Shown piece after piece: positions 1 through 9,480 of a DNA stretch of 64,000 bases. Numbering within the stretch: position 1 is the first letter of the stretch; each line of letters starts with the position of its first letter. Position numbers and translations under genes: made by a program. The stretch is taken from positions 64,001 to 128,000 of the forward strand of contig CAWAOD010000010.1 of the NCBI GenBank assembly GCA_963783575.1, read 5' to 3'. This DNA comes from an uncultured Spirochaetota bacterium. GTDB lineage: Bacteria > Spirochaetota > Brevinematia > Brevinematales > JAOACQ01. The notes beneath the pieces were generated by a model. The model was not told where the DNA came from, searched no databases, and saw only the letters and a list, made by a program, of their open reading frames with translations.

Positions 1-929
1 ACATTACCCTGTCCGGGCTGATTATCGAAAACGGATATGCCAATCAGTCATCTGGAGGCGGAATCTATAGCCATGGCGGCGGCGACCCTGTTTCGTACAT
101 TGTTATTACGAACTGCATAATTTCCAATAACTATGCTTATTATAATGGAGGAGGAATTTGTTTAAATAACTTTTACAGCAATACCATCAACGCTGTAATC
201 ATAAATAACACTATCGATCCTGGCAGTAGCTATGGTAGCGCAGGGGGCGGGGGTATTAACTTAAACAACTCTTCCTCCAATCATATTTCCGGTACGATTG
301 CCAGCAATTACTCACCCAGCTTGGGGGGCGGATTATATACTTGCGGCGACGTTAACGACTTAATCAGTTGTGATATCTATAGCAATTATTCAATTAATGG
401 GGCGGGAATATATATCGTGGGGACTTCAAATTTTATCACAGGAAATATTTATAAAAATACTGCCGGCAATTCAGGAGGCGGCATAGTATTAGCAAACGGT
501 GCAGGAGGATTCGATACTGTTAGTGCCACTGTTTACAATAACACGGCCGGCAATAAGAGCGGTGGAGTTTCTTTTTATCAAACTGTTATTTCCCCCAGGA
601 TCATCAATTCCATTATTACCAACAATACTACCACATCCGGGATGAATGCCGCCATTTACTTTTCTGATGTAGAAACAGCCAATCTCGTGATTTCAAACAA
701 CCTGATAGGCGGTCCGAATAACGGCTCAAGTGTTTACGGTATTTATGAAGATGGTTTAGTCTCCAATCATATCTTGATAAACAATATTTTCATTACAAAC
801 AAATTGGGCTACCTTTACCATGATTCTCTCAGTAACGATGCAGCCGTAACGGAAATCAATACTAAGGTCAATATTGCGAGCTACTCCGGCGCCAAGACAG
901 CCAGCGGAAATATAGATACCAATTTATAA
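1..929 (+). CDS. 5'-truncated right-handed beta-helix (pectin-lyase-fold / Pmp-like GG[GA]I repeat) surface protein; paralog of 2482..4068
   Basis: Frame is open from position 3 to the stop at 929; repeated N.A..GGG(I/L) motifs; C-terminus SGNIDTNL matches GGNIMTNL of the downstream paralog. Confidence 0.75.
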   Translation, partial: ITLSGLIIENGYANQSSGGGIYSHGGGDPVSYIVITNCIISNNYAYYNGGGICLNNFYSNTINAVIINNTIDPGSSYGSAGGGGINLNNSSSNHISGTIASNYSPSLGGGLYTCGDVNDLISCDIYSNYSINGAGIYIVGTSNFITGNIYKNTAGNSGGGIVLANGAGGFDTVSATVYNNTAGNKSGGVSFYQTVISPRIINSIITNNTTTSGMNAAIYFSDVETANLVISNNLIGGPNNGSSVYGIYEDGLVSNHILINNIFITNKLGYLYHDSLSNDAAVTEINTKVNIASYSGAKTASGNIDTNL

Positions 930-939
930 ATCCATAACG

Positions 940-972
940 CCGGCGCTCATCTTGGAGCGCCGGTCCTTTTTT
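940..972 (+). terminator. Rho-independent terminator
   Basis: CCGGCGCTC-ATCTTG-GAGCGCCGG followed by a T-tract, just after the stop codon. Confidence 0.8.
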
Positions 973-1086
973 CTTCCGGACCCAGCCTAAGATTTAATCT
1001 GAATTCAGTTGTAAAAATAATTTTACTATTTTAATGATGTAATCTACAATATGTAAAATACTCCGGAAATTCAGGTTAAAGATAAA

Positions 1087-2337
1087 ATGAGTACGTATGC
1101 AGTGATTGCATTTATCATCTTATTGTTATATCTTTATTTGGGATTAAAAACTCTTCTGAATGACCGCGGGAATAAATTGAATATATTATTCAGTTTGATC
1201 TGCTTTGCAATGGTAATCTGGACTTTATCAGCCGGGTTAATTTATTCACAAAAAAACAATGAACATCTTTTTATAATCGGGAAGATTGGTTATGTCGGCA
1301 TATTTTTTTATTTCCCGTTAAATCTGCATTTTCATTTAATACTGAGCAAAATAAAAACAAATATTCGTCTAATCATCCTCTATTACATGCCGGCAGTATT
1401 ACTAAATGTATACCATGTACTGGGTTATTCGTTTATTACAAAGTTCATTAAATATAAAGGCGAATGGGTAGGAATAGTTGACCCTAATAATGTCGTACTT
1501 TATCTCTATTGTTTATATATTTTATTCTGCCTGGTAATTTCTGTTATTGCGCTCTACAAATGGGGCAGACGGACAACCATAAATAAAGAAAAAAAATATT
1601 CAAGATTTATACTAATTTCATACATGTTTGCGAATCTCACTTCATTCTTAATGACACTTGTTTTGCCAATTTTGCGAATTTATGATTACCAGGCCGTGGG
1701 TGTTTCCTTTTTTTATTTATATGTCATTGCATTATTTTATATTATCGTCAAATTACGGTTCTTGAATATCAATTATTCCTTGATGGCGGAAGAAATTATA
1801 TCCAAAATCAATGATATCGTGATACTGCTTGATACTGAAATGAAAGTGATAGATATAAATAATAAATATACTGAGGTTCTATCAACAACAATTAAAGAAA
1901 TAAGGAAGAAAAGCTTTTTCGACCTGATTGTTGAGAATGAATATTTAAAAAGTAGAATCAATGATATCATAGAAAAACGGATTGGTAATTTTAGCCTGAA
2001 TATAAATTATAAAAAAGACAATGAATATATTATTACAAAATCATATTTTTCGGAGATTAAAGACAGGTTCGGTGATTTAACCGGTTTTTTGGTAATATCC
2101 ACTGAAATAAAAGAGGTTAAACAATTTCAAAAATATTTCAAGATAACGAACAAGGAATTGGAAATCATTGAATTGATTATTTCCGGTTTCACTTACAAAG
2201 ATACTTCCAGTAAATTGAATGTAACCGAAAAAACGATAGAAGCCCATTTAACCAATATTTATAATAAACTTAACATCAATAATAAAATCGATCTTATCAG
2301 AATATCCGGCGATTTCAATATCAAGCCTTGTCAATAA
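1087..2337 (+). CDS. Membrane-anchored one-component regulator: N-terminal 7TM sensor + PAS + C-terminal LuxR HTH
   Basis: About 7 hydrophobic segments; PAS-like IVILLDTEMKVIDIN; LuxR signature ITNKELEIIELIISG...TEKTIEAHLTNIYNKL. Confidence 0.85.
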   Translation: MSTYAVIAFIILLLYLYLGLKTLLNDRGNKLNILFSLICFAMVIWTLSAGLIYSQKNNEHLFIIGKIGYVGIFFYFPLNLHFHLILSKIKTNIRLIILYYMPAVLLNVYHVLGYSFITKFIKYKGEWVGIVDPNNVVLYLYCLYILFCLVISVIALYKWGRRTTINKEKKYSRFILISYMFANLTSFLMTLVLPILRIYDYQAVGVSFFYLYVIALFYIIVKLRFLNINYSLMAEEIISKINDIVILLDTEMKVIDINNKYTEVLSTTIKEIRKKSFFDLIVENEYLKSRINDIIEKRIGNFSLNINYKKDNEYIITKSYFSEIKDRFGDLTGFLVISTEIKEVKQFQKYFKITNKELEIIELIISGFTYKDTSSKLNVTEKTIEAHLTNIYNKLNINNKIDLIRISGDFNIKPCQ

Positions 2338-2481
2338 AATAGATCTTTTACAAAAAAATTCAAAACTTAGGGTTTTCCCCGATGACAAAATCGGATAAAA
2401 AAAGTTATACTCTTTTGAAAAATTAAACTTCAGTATATTTTCATAGAATTTAAAAATGATTTTTTGGATAGGAGGAGAATT

Positions 2482-4068
2482 ATGAACGGAAAAAAAATAG
2501 TATTAGTATCGGGTATGGTTTTTATGCTGGGCTTTTTGCTCTATTCATGTTCCACAACACCAGCCAGCAATAGCAGCAACAGTTCCAATAACAGCAAAAG
2601 TAGCAGCACGTCAAGCCAGGTAAGCTCAACTGGCAGCATGTCAAGCCAGGCAAGTTCAAGCAGCAGCATCGCTTCCCTGGCTCCCGTAATTTATGTAGCA
2701 GCGACCGGCAACGATACGAACAGCGGAACGAATGCTTCCGGTCCGCTTATGACCATCCAGGCCGGCGTCAGCGAGGCCGCGGCTCTGGGCTCAACCAACA
2801 TCTATGTCGCCGCCGGTGTTTACCTGCCGGGCAGTGGCTTGAATTCGACCGTAAACGGCTTGCTGATATCGAACAATAACATCAATCTCCTCGGCGGTTT
2901 TTCACCCGGTTTCACAAGCCGCACCGGAAAAAGCGAATTGAACGGCACCAACGGCATTTATCATATTATCATGATCTCGAACGCGCAGTATGTCAGGATC
3001 GACGGGTTTATCCTGGAAAACGGAAAATCGGTCGGCGTCGGGCCGAATGGCCTCGCCGGCGGTTTATATATGAATAATGCCGGTAACTGCATAATAAGCA
3101 ATACTGTGATCAGCAATAATTACGGAACAGGCGGCTGGGGAGGAGGGGTTACTCTCGACGGTTCATACCAAAACAGCATCATCGCCGTAATAGCTGGTAA
3201 CAATGTCAACGGTTACGGCGGCGGCATGTTCATTAACAATGGTTCGGGCAATTTTATCGATTGCGATTTCATATCGAATATCGGCCAGCAGGGAGCCGGC
3301 GGCCTCTTTCTGAATACTGGCGTCAATAACGTCATCTGCGGCACTTTCATCGGCAATAACGGAGGCACGGGTTCTTATACCGGCGGCGGAATCTATTGCT
3401 ACGGGAACAATAATACTGTCTCCAACGTGGTCATACAGGGAAACAGCGCAGGTTACGGAGGTGGAATATACTTCGATACGGGCGCCAATAACTGCATGGT
3501 TTACGGCGGGACGATCGCCAGCAATACCGCAGATAGCGGCAACGGCGGCGGGATATACTGCAACAGCCGGAGCCTGTTCGTTACCAATACGGCAATCTTA
3601 TACAACATTGCGCAGGCCCGCGGTGGCGGTTTATATTTCGACAGCCAGGCCTCAAACTGCACCGTCATCGGAGGGCAAATTATCGGCAATTCCGCTGTCA
3701 CCAGTTATGGAGGCGCGATTTATCATTATTGTGATACAAATATCCAGGTCAGGGATTCTGTTATCACGAATAACGCGGACGGAAACGCCGGAATAATCTG
3801 TCTTTATACGACAGGATATATTATGCTTTCGAACTGCATGATAGGCGGAACCAATAATTATAACGGTTTCGGGATATTCGAGACCGGCGGCGATTCAACC
3901 GGCCAGACCCTGCTGAACAATATCTTCCTTACCAATACTATTCCATCTTATCTTTATCATGACGTTAATAACGGTTCTATATCGACTGGAGCCGACTGGA
4001 CCAATATCAATGTTGCCGGTTTCACCGGCGCGGCAGCCGCCGGAGGAAATATAATGACAAATTTATAA
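2482..4068 (+). CDS. Lipoprotein with Ser-rich linker and parallel beta-helix repeats (DUF1565/Pmp-like)
   Basis: RBS AGGAGG before ATG 2482; lipobox LLYSC; IYVAATGNDTNSG...PLMTIQAG motif; GGGIY repeats. Confidence 0.8.
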   Translation: MNGKKIVLVSGMVFMLGFLLYSCSTTPASNSSNSSNNSKSSSTSSQVSSTGSMSSQASSSSSIASLAPVIYVAATGNDTNSGTNASGPLMTIQAGVSEAAALGSTNIYVAAGVYLPGSGLNSTVNGLLISNNNINLLGGFSPGFTSRTGKSELNGTNGIYHIIMISNAQYVRIDGFILENGKSVGVGPNGLAGGLYMNNAGNCIISNTVISNNYGTGGWGGGVTLDGSYQNSIIAVIAGNNVNGYGGGMFINNGSGNFIDCDFISNIGQQGAGGLFLNTGVNNVICGTFIGNNGGTGSYTGGGIYCYGNNNTVSNVVIQGNSAGYGGGIYFDTGANNCMVYGGTIASNTADSGNGGGIYCNSRSLFVTNTAILYNIAQARGGGLYFDSQASNCTVIGGQIIGNSAVTSYGGAIYHYCDTNIQVRDSVITNNADGNAGIICLYTTGYIMLSNCMIGGTNNYNGFGIFETGGDSTGQTLLNNIFLTNTIPSYLYHDVNNGSISTGADWTNINVAGFTGAAAAGGNIMTNL

Positions 4069-4133
4069 ATTAATAAAAAATCCGGGGCAGGAGTTGCCGG
4101 CAGGAATGATGAGACCAATATATAAAGCAAGGC

Positions 4134-4170
4134 AACACCGGCGGAACGAAAGGAGTTCGCCGGTGTTTTC
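4134..4170 (+). terminator. Probable intrinsic terminator
   Basis: AACACCGGCG...CGCCGGTGTTTT hairpin. Confidence 0.6.
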
Positions 4171-4527
4171 CCCGATAGATGAGTTTTATAATATTATGTA
4201 GAATCTTATCATGAGATTTCTTGTAAATTTTATAGAAGGAATGCTGCAACCATAAATATTGAATTGTTCATTATATAAATAATCGTGATAAAAATACTTG
4301 AAATCAGTTAATCAAAACTTTTGTCATCCTGAACAGAGGCCAACATTTCTGAAAGACTTTTCATTTACTAAATGTTATTTTACAATCTTTCTCCGATCAA
4401 TAAATAGATTAAAGTTAATCATTTATTTTTTGAAAAATTTGTGGTATTTTATCTCTATGATTTTTTAAGAATGATTTCTAAAGATTTATTTCTAAAGATC
4501 ATACAAAAATATTGCCGGGAGACTTCA

Positions 4528-5862
4528 ATGGGAAAGAGAATTTATCGTTCAAGAAGGAACAAGGTTATTTCGGGGGTTTGCGGCGGGATTGCAGAATATT
4601 ACAATGTAGATCCGGTTGTTGTAAGGATAATTTTTGCTGTGTCGCTTTTGCTTCTTCATATTATAGCTTTTACAGCTTATATCGTACTATGTGTTGTTCT
4701 TCCAGTAGAACCTAACGAAGGGGTTGAAACTGACAAAACTGTAACTATACAGAAACCTCCTGAGGAAAAAAAAGATCAACCGGTTTCAATCTTCGCATCA
4801 ATTGCCGCCGCACTGGTATTGATAATTGCGGGAATTTTGTTTCTTGTTCCCGGTTCGGTTTTCGGCGTATGGGATATCACTTTCTTTGCTGCTGCGTTAA
4901 TCCTCATTTTGATAGGCGGAAAAGCCGGTTTCGATATGATAAATGAGAATGATCATTCATTAATTAAACTAAGCCTGGTTTTTATTACAATTACATATGG
5001 AATTTTTATTATATTAAACAGGTTTCAAATTATCGGCGCTGGGATTTACTTCGAATATGCCAAGAACCTTGTTCCTGCATTGCTGATTCTGATCGGTATA
5101 GACATAATTTTTAAAAAAATATCAAATAAATTACCGGCTATAATACTTGGCATACTGATATTTATCTTAATCGGCGCATATTCATACACAAGAGGCAACT
5201 GTAAGCCCGGATGGTTTTTCAATAGAATTTTCAATGAGGGATTTAATCCCTGGACCTGGCATGGTTACAGGCTTCATAAACGGAACAGATGGAATTTCAT
5301 GAATTTTTCAGGTTCTTACGATATACCTAAAAATATTTCAAACATCAATTTTAATATAAGAAATTCGGGTGGAAATCTGACTGTGGGCGATTCAGGTAAA
5401 CTTGCCGAATACAACGGAGAGGGAATCGCCCCCGAAATTTCCACGAATTATAACGGAACTTCATTAATTGTCGATTTTGCAAGCCATGCAGCAAATACAA
5501 AACTCTTTGTCAGCCGGGAAAAGATCTCAAATATTGAATTATATGTCTCTGCCGGAAACCTTGACGGCAATCTCGAAAATATAGACATCCGGAACTTAAG
5601 AGTTTCTGTAAGCGGAGGAAGCACATCACTCAGGATTAGTGATAAAACAAGAGAGGCAGAAATTGAAGGAAATGCCGGAAATACCAAAATCGGGCTTCCC
5701 AGAAACGTCCAGATAAGGATCAAAGCCGAAGGGACATTTTCCCGCATAGAAATTCCGGATGATTTCCACTTGATAAATGGCGAATATATTTATAACGGCG
5801 GTGAAGGAAAAATGTCAATCACAGCCAGTGTAAATATGGGGAATCTAAATTTTCATTTTTAA
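4528..5862 (+). CDS. PspC-domain membrane protein with C-terminal LiaF/DUF4097-like beta region
   Basis: PspC motif KRIYRSRRNKVISGVCGGIAEYYNVDPVVVRI; multiple TM helices; GGGAG before ATG 4528. Confidence 0.8.
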   Translation: MGKRIYRSRRNKVISGVCGGIAEYYNVDPVVVRIIFAVSLLLLHIIAFTAYIVLCVVLPVEPNEGVETDKTVTIQKPPEEKKDQPVSIFASIAAALVLIIAGILFLVPGSVFGVWDITFFAAALILILIGGKAGFDMINENDHSLIKLSLVFITITYGIFIILNRFQIIGAGIYFEYAKNLVPALLILIGIDIIFKKISNKLPAIILGILIFILIGAYSYTRGNCKPGWFFNRIFNEGFNPWTWHGYRLHKRNRWNFMNFSGSYDIPKNISNINFNIRNSGGNLTVGDSGKLAEYNGEGIAPEISTNYNGTSLIVDFASHAANTKLFVSREKISNIELYVSAGNLDGNLENIDIRNLRVSVSGGSTSLRISDKTREAEIEGNAGNTKIGLPRNVQIRIKAEGTFSRIEIPDDFHLINGEYIYNGGEGKMSITASVNMGNLNFHF

Positions 5863-6029
5863 GGTTTTCCCGGCAATTGTGTAAAAAATCTATTTTTACG
5901 CCAAAACCAAAAAAGAATATTATTGACAAAGGTATAATTTATAATAACCAGTGGTTATAAATAAAATAACAGCGGAACAGATTATTGAAACATCGCTGAA
6001 TGAGGTCACTTGGATAAAATGGTGGAGTC

Positions 6030-6245
6030 TATTGAAGGTGGGATGTTCCTCTGAATCATATTACCCATCGGCGTCTCTTCATTGAAATTATTCAATATAG
6101 CCATACGTGAAAATGTCGCATTTGTTCCGGGTGATTCCTTTTATGTGACGAGGAGAATGTCAACACTTTGAGGCTGAATTATTCATGCGAGAATGAAGCA
6201 ACGATCGAGGAAGGAATCAAGAGGCTTGCAAGGCGATAGAAGAAA
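6030..6245 (+). pseudogene. C-terminal fragment of a PLP-dependent class I/II aminotransferase (MocR/ARO8-like)
   Basis: Translates as EGGMFL*IILP...ENVAFVPGDSFY / NTLRLNYS...IEEGIKRLA, with an internal stop and a frameshift. Confidence 0.75.
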
Positions 6246-6443
6246 TTATTTAAATCTTTAATTTATTCCAATTCCTGCGGTGGTATTCATGCTTTGCCGA
6301 TTCAGTGCATGGCTGTTTTGACCTTTCTAAGTTATTACTCTATAGTAATCACTTAAAAGTGGTTATTTTTATTCCTTGCTAGAAATAGTAAAAAATTTTG
6401 AGAAATAACTTGAAAATAATTAGATATCAAACTATATTATTGT

Positions 6444-6599
6444 ATGAAAATTGATAATACATTTTTTCTCATTGGAAGAATAAAGGAACATTATAAGGCT
6501 TTTCTTGAAAAAGAATTAAAAAAGAGAGGGATGAAGAATCTCGTTACTTCTCATGCCGATATTATTGTTGCGCTTAAAATATGCGGAGAACTAACCCTG
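6444..6599 (+). pseudogene. MarR-family regulator, N-terminal half, truncated by IS21
   Basis: LEKELKKRGMKNLVTSHADIIVAL...ELTL stops at the IS end just before the HTH; TTGAAA-17bp-TATATT promoter immediately upstream. Confidence 0.7.
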
Positions 6600-6722
6600 T
6601 GGAAATGTCAAGAGTTTTTCCCATATCTGCGCTCGGGTAATTTCCCACCCCTTCCACAAGAGTATTTCCCATATGCTTCACAAGAGTTTTCCCCATACCT
6701 TCCACGTGAGTATTTCCCATAG
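6600..6722. repeat. IS21 subterminal direct repeats (~24-bp period, CAAGAGT[A/T]TTTCCCATA-like, about 5 copies)
   Basis: Read directly; inverse copies TATGGGAAAT occur near 9089-9125. Confidence 0.8.
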
Positions 6723-6740
6723 TGAGGAGGCAAAGAATGG

Positions 6741-7490
6741 TTACTCAACCTCCTTATTCAAATTTTGTATTCTGTAAGATTCTCCGCTCAAGTTATAAAT
6801 ATTTGAATGATGTAAAAGCCTATCCAGAAGAGCGGTTGTCATAATCGGGTCTCCCATCATTTCAGCCCAATCCTGAAATCCCTTATTCGATGTTATCACA
6901 ATTGATGTCTTTTCATACAATTCACTTACAAGACTAAAGAATAGATTTGCCTCCTTCTTTTCGATAGGTGTGTAACCTATCTCATCAATGATTAATAAGT
7001 GTGACTTCATCATCCGGTTCAGCCTGAAAGCAGAGCTTCTCTGGATGTCCGCCGTTTTCAGAAACTTAATGAGAGTAGTCATCCTTTCAAAGCAGACAAT
7101 ATATCCCTTTTCAACTGCCCGGATTCCGATACTAATTGCCAGATGCGTTTTCCCCAGCCCCGGAGACCCAAAGAACAACAGGTTATGATGATTATCAATC
7201 CAGCAGAAATCCAATAGCTGTGAAACATCCATTTTAGATATTCCATTCACTTTTTCAAAATTAAAACCTTCCACATCTTTGCGGACCGGGAAGTGTGCTC
7301 CTGCCATATTCCGCTGAAAACGTTTTTCCACTCTATAATTCAATTCCAGAGAAAGCAGCCTCTGCAGAAAACTCAGATAAGACTCTTTTGCCTTTTCAGC
7401 CTCACCAATTTCCTCATCAATCCGTTTTATCATACCCTTCAACCCGAGAGTTGTAAGCGCAGTTATGATTTGTTCTCTTATCTTCAACAT
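6741..7490 (-). CDS. istB: IS21 helper ATPase IstB
   Basis: Walker A GSPGLGKTHLA, LLIIDEIGY, ALLDRLLHH; overlaps the istA stop. Confidence 0.95.
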   Translation of the reverse strand: MLKIREQIITALTTLGLKGMIKRIDEEIGEAEKAKESYLSFLQRLLSLELNYRVEKRFQRNMAGAHFPVRKDVEGFNFEKVNGISKMDVSQLLDFCWIDNHHNLLFFGSPGLGKTHLAISIGIRAVEKGYIVCFERMTTLIKFLKTADIQRSSAFRLNRMMKSHLLIIDEIGYTPIEKKEANLFFSLVSELYEKTSIVITSNKGFQDWAEMMGDPIMTTALLDRLLHHSNIYNLSGESYRIQNLNKEVE

Positions 7491-9037
7491 TGCCGGCCCC
7501 CGATGGAGTCACAGAAACTCTGGTATTTCCCGATGTCTGATTTAGCTACTTCAAGATAGTGTTCAGGATTCACTGAAGGCCTGACAATCTTTTCAACATT
7601 CAAGGGTATTTCTGCCTTTTCTGTTATAAAACAGTTCAGGTAATTATCCCACAAATCCTTCATGGAATAACTATCACTCTCCAGGCAGTTTGAGATCGCT
7701 TGTGTAAGCTTCCCGGTATCAATTATCTTGTCCCTGAAGTATTTTCTTCCGGAAAGACATTGGTCCCTTACATAACGATTGAACTTCCTGAAATTACATT
7801 CAAGAAAATCCTTCCAGCCGGGAATATCAAAGTACCCGCTTACTTCTTCTTTCAATAACTGCACACTCTTTCCCATTTCCCGGATCATTGCCCTGTTGGT
7901 TACAATCTGCCCCGGAATCACTGAAAGCCGGTATTCGGCGATTTGCTCTCCCGTTATCCTGTCAAAGACAAAAAGCCGACTGCCCGTCTTGTAGATGTCC
8001 ACCGAACCGTTCCTGTATTTTTCGGGAATATCATACTGGCTTGCATCAACTGCGATCCGGCATTTATCGCTTACACTGCGCTCTTCCCTTGCTCCTATCC
8101 TGTCTTTACGGAATATCGAATTCCTGACAGATTGGAGATATGGTCTTTCCGTTTCAATCTCTATCAGTGGTATTTTCATTGTAGCCTGGGATATTCTCCC
8201 GTTGGCTTTTCTTTCCAGCCATTTCATCAGGCTTTCTTCCGCTTCCATTAAACTGTTGAACTCCCGGACTGAGAAGAAACCGTGCTTGATGAATTTGACT
8301 ACGTTTTCAATCTTTCCCTTACTTTCCGGGTCAGCAGGTCGGCACACATACATTTTAAGACCCATTTCCCCGATGAAATACTGAAAGTCTTTCGTGTAGA
8401 TGATATCGCCTGAGTTCTCACTCGCAACCATCGTGCAGTCCTGATCGATGACAAGTTCATGCGGTATCCCGCCCATATATGCGAAACAGTCCAACAGATG
8501 ATTGATAAGGTCTTCTGTCCGGAATGGCCTCTCCTGGAGGGCCGCATACTTAAAACGACTGGCGGATAACACCGCGGCAAATATGTAATACCTTCTGCCA
8601 TATCTGTCGGTATATTGACCGAAATCAAGCTGGAGCTGCTTTCCATATGGCATGTCAGGCACTTTTGTGTAATACCGTCGCTTTTCATTCAAGGTAAGCT
8701 GCCCGCTTTCAATCAGGTAATGTACGAAATTCCTCATCGTATTTTCATTCGCCGGTAGTTTGCCTTTTACCTCCAATAAATAGTCATACAAAGCAGACAT
8801 ATTCAGCCGGATGTAATCATTCTTTGCATATACTTTCAATATGTCTGTTTTTATTCCTTCGAATTCTTTTTCACGGAAAGAGAATTCCATCAGGCTTTTC
8901 TGGTATTCGGAATCGTTCATAGCCCAATATTTTCGGACTGTCTTAATATCTATTGACAGTTCCCGGGATACACCATTTTTACTTTTCCCCAAAAGTTTCA
9001 GTTTTTTTATGTCCTGATACATAATATTTTTCACCAT
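7484..9037 (-). CDS. istA: IS21 transposase IstA
   Basis: N-terminal HTH, QLQLDFG, ELVIDQD, CRPADPESKGKIEN (rve DDE fold). Confidence 0.95.
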   Translation of the reverse strand: MVKNIMYQDIKKLKLLGKSKNGVSRELSIDIKTVRKYWAMNDSEYQKSLMEFSFREKEFEGIKTDILKVYAKNDYIRLNMSALYDYLLEVKGKLPANENTMRNFVHYLIESGQLTLNEKRRYYTKVPDMPYGKQLQLDFGQYTDRYGRRYYIFAAVLSASRFKYAALQERPFRTEDLINHLLDCFAYMGGIPHELVIDQDCTMVASENSGDIIYTKDFQYFIGEMGLKMYVCRPADPESKGKIENVVKFIKHGFFSVREFNSLMEAEESLMKWLERKANGRISQATMKIPLIEIETERPYLQSVRNSIFRKDRIGAREERSVSDKCRIAVDASQYDIPEKYRNGSVDIYKTGSRLFVFDRITGEQIAEYRLSVIPGQIVTNRAMIREMGKSVQLLKEEVSGYFDIPGWKDFLECNFRKFNRYVRDQCLSGRKYFRDKIIDTGKLTQAISNCLESDSYSMKDLWDNYLNCFITEKAEIPLNVEKIVRPSVNPEHYLEVAKSDIGKYQSFCDSIGGRQC

Positions 9038-9162
9038 TCCTGCCTTCCTTTAATGAATTTTCATTAAAGTTTAACTTCTATTTCCCCCTATGGGAAATCT
9101 GTTTGTGACAGGTATGGGAATTTCATTTATTGCTACCCTGGTAAATTAGTTTATCATTTCCA

Positions 9163-9417
9163 CGTAAACGGAGAAGAAGAAAAAGTTTTTCCTGCGCTCC
9201 TCGGGTTCGCCCAAGAACAGCAAGGAGAAAAGCTACGGCTGCGGTGCTCAGGCTTCGCCACATTTGCCTTTGGCATCTTTTTTGCTAATTTTGAAAATTA
9301 ATGAAAAGGGTTATGAAATGAAATGCTTTCAAATATTTAAAAGCCGGTTCTGGAATTGCAAAAAAGACGCCAATCGTTAACGCGAACGGCAAACGTCGCC
9401 AAGCCGCACCGTTAGCT
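9163..9417 (+). repeat. Truncated hybrid attC-like site (type A fragment 9163-9212 + type B 9240-9417); R' GTTAGCT at 9411
   Basis: Matches 10818-10867 and 13512-13689; lacks its R'' half. Confidence 0.7.
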
Positions 9418-9480
9418 GAAATGTGCGGGAAAATGAATATTTATAAATCGCAGCATCCTTGCTGCGAAAAAGGAGCGAAT

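Larger units (their letters stand above)
6600..9162 (-). mobile_element. IS21-family insertion sequence (~2.56 kb)
   Basis: TG...CA termini with inverted ends TGGAAATG/CATTTCCA; istA-istB pair; internal repeated transposase-binding motifs; flanks (CCTG / CGTA) are not duplicated. Confidence 0.9.

Noticed and set aside
6600..6722. ~24-bp periodic repeats suggesting a mini-CRISPR
   Set aside because: No unique spacers; they lie at the IS21 end and recur inverted at the other end, as expected for transposase-binding sites
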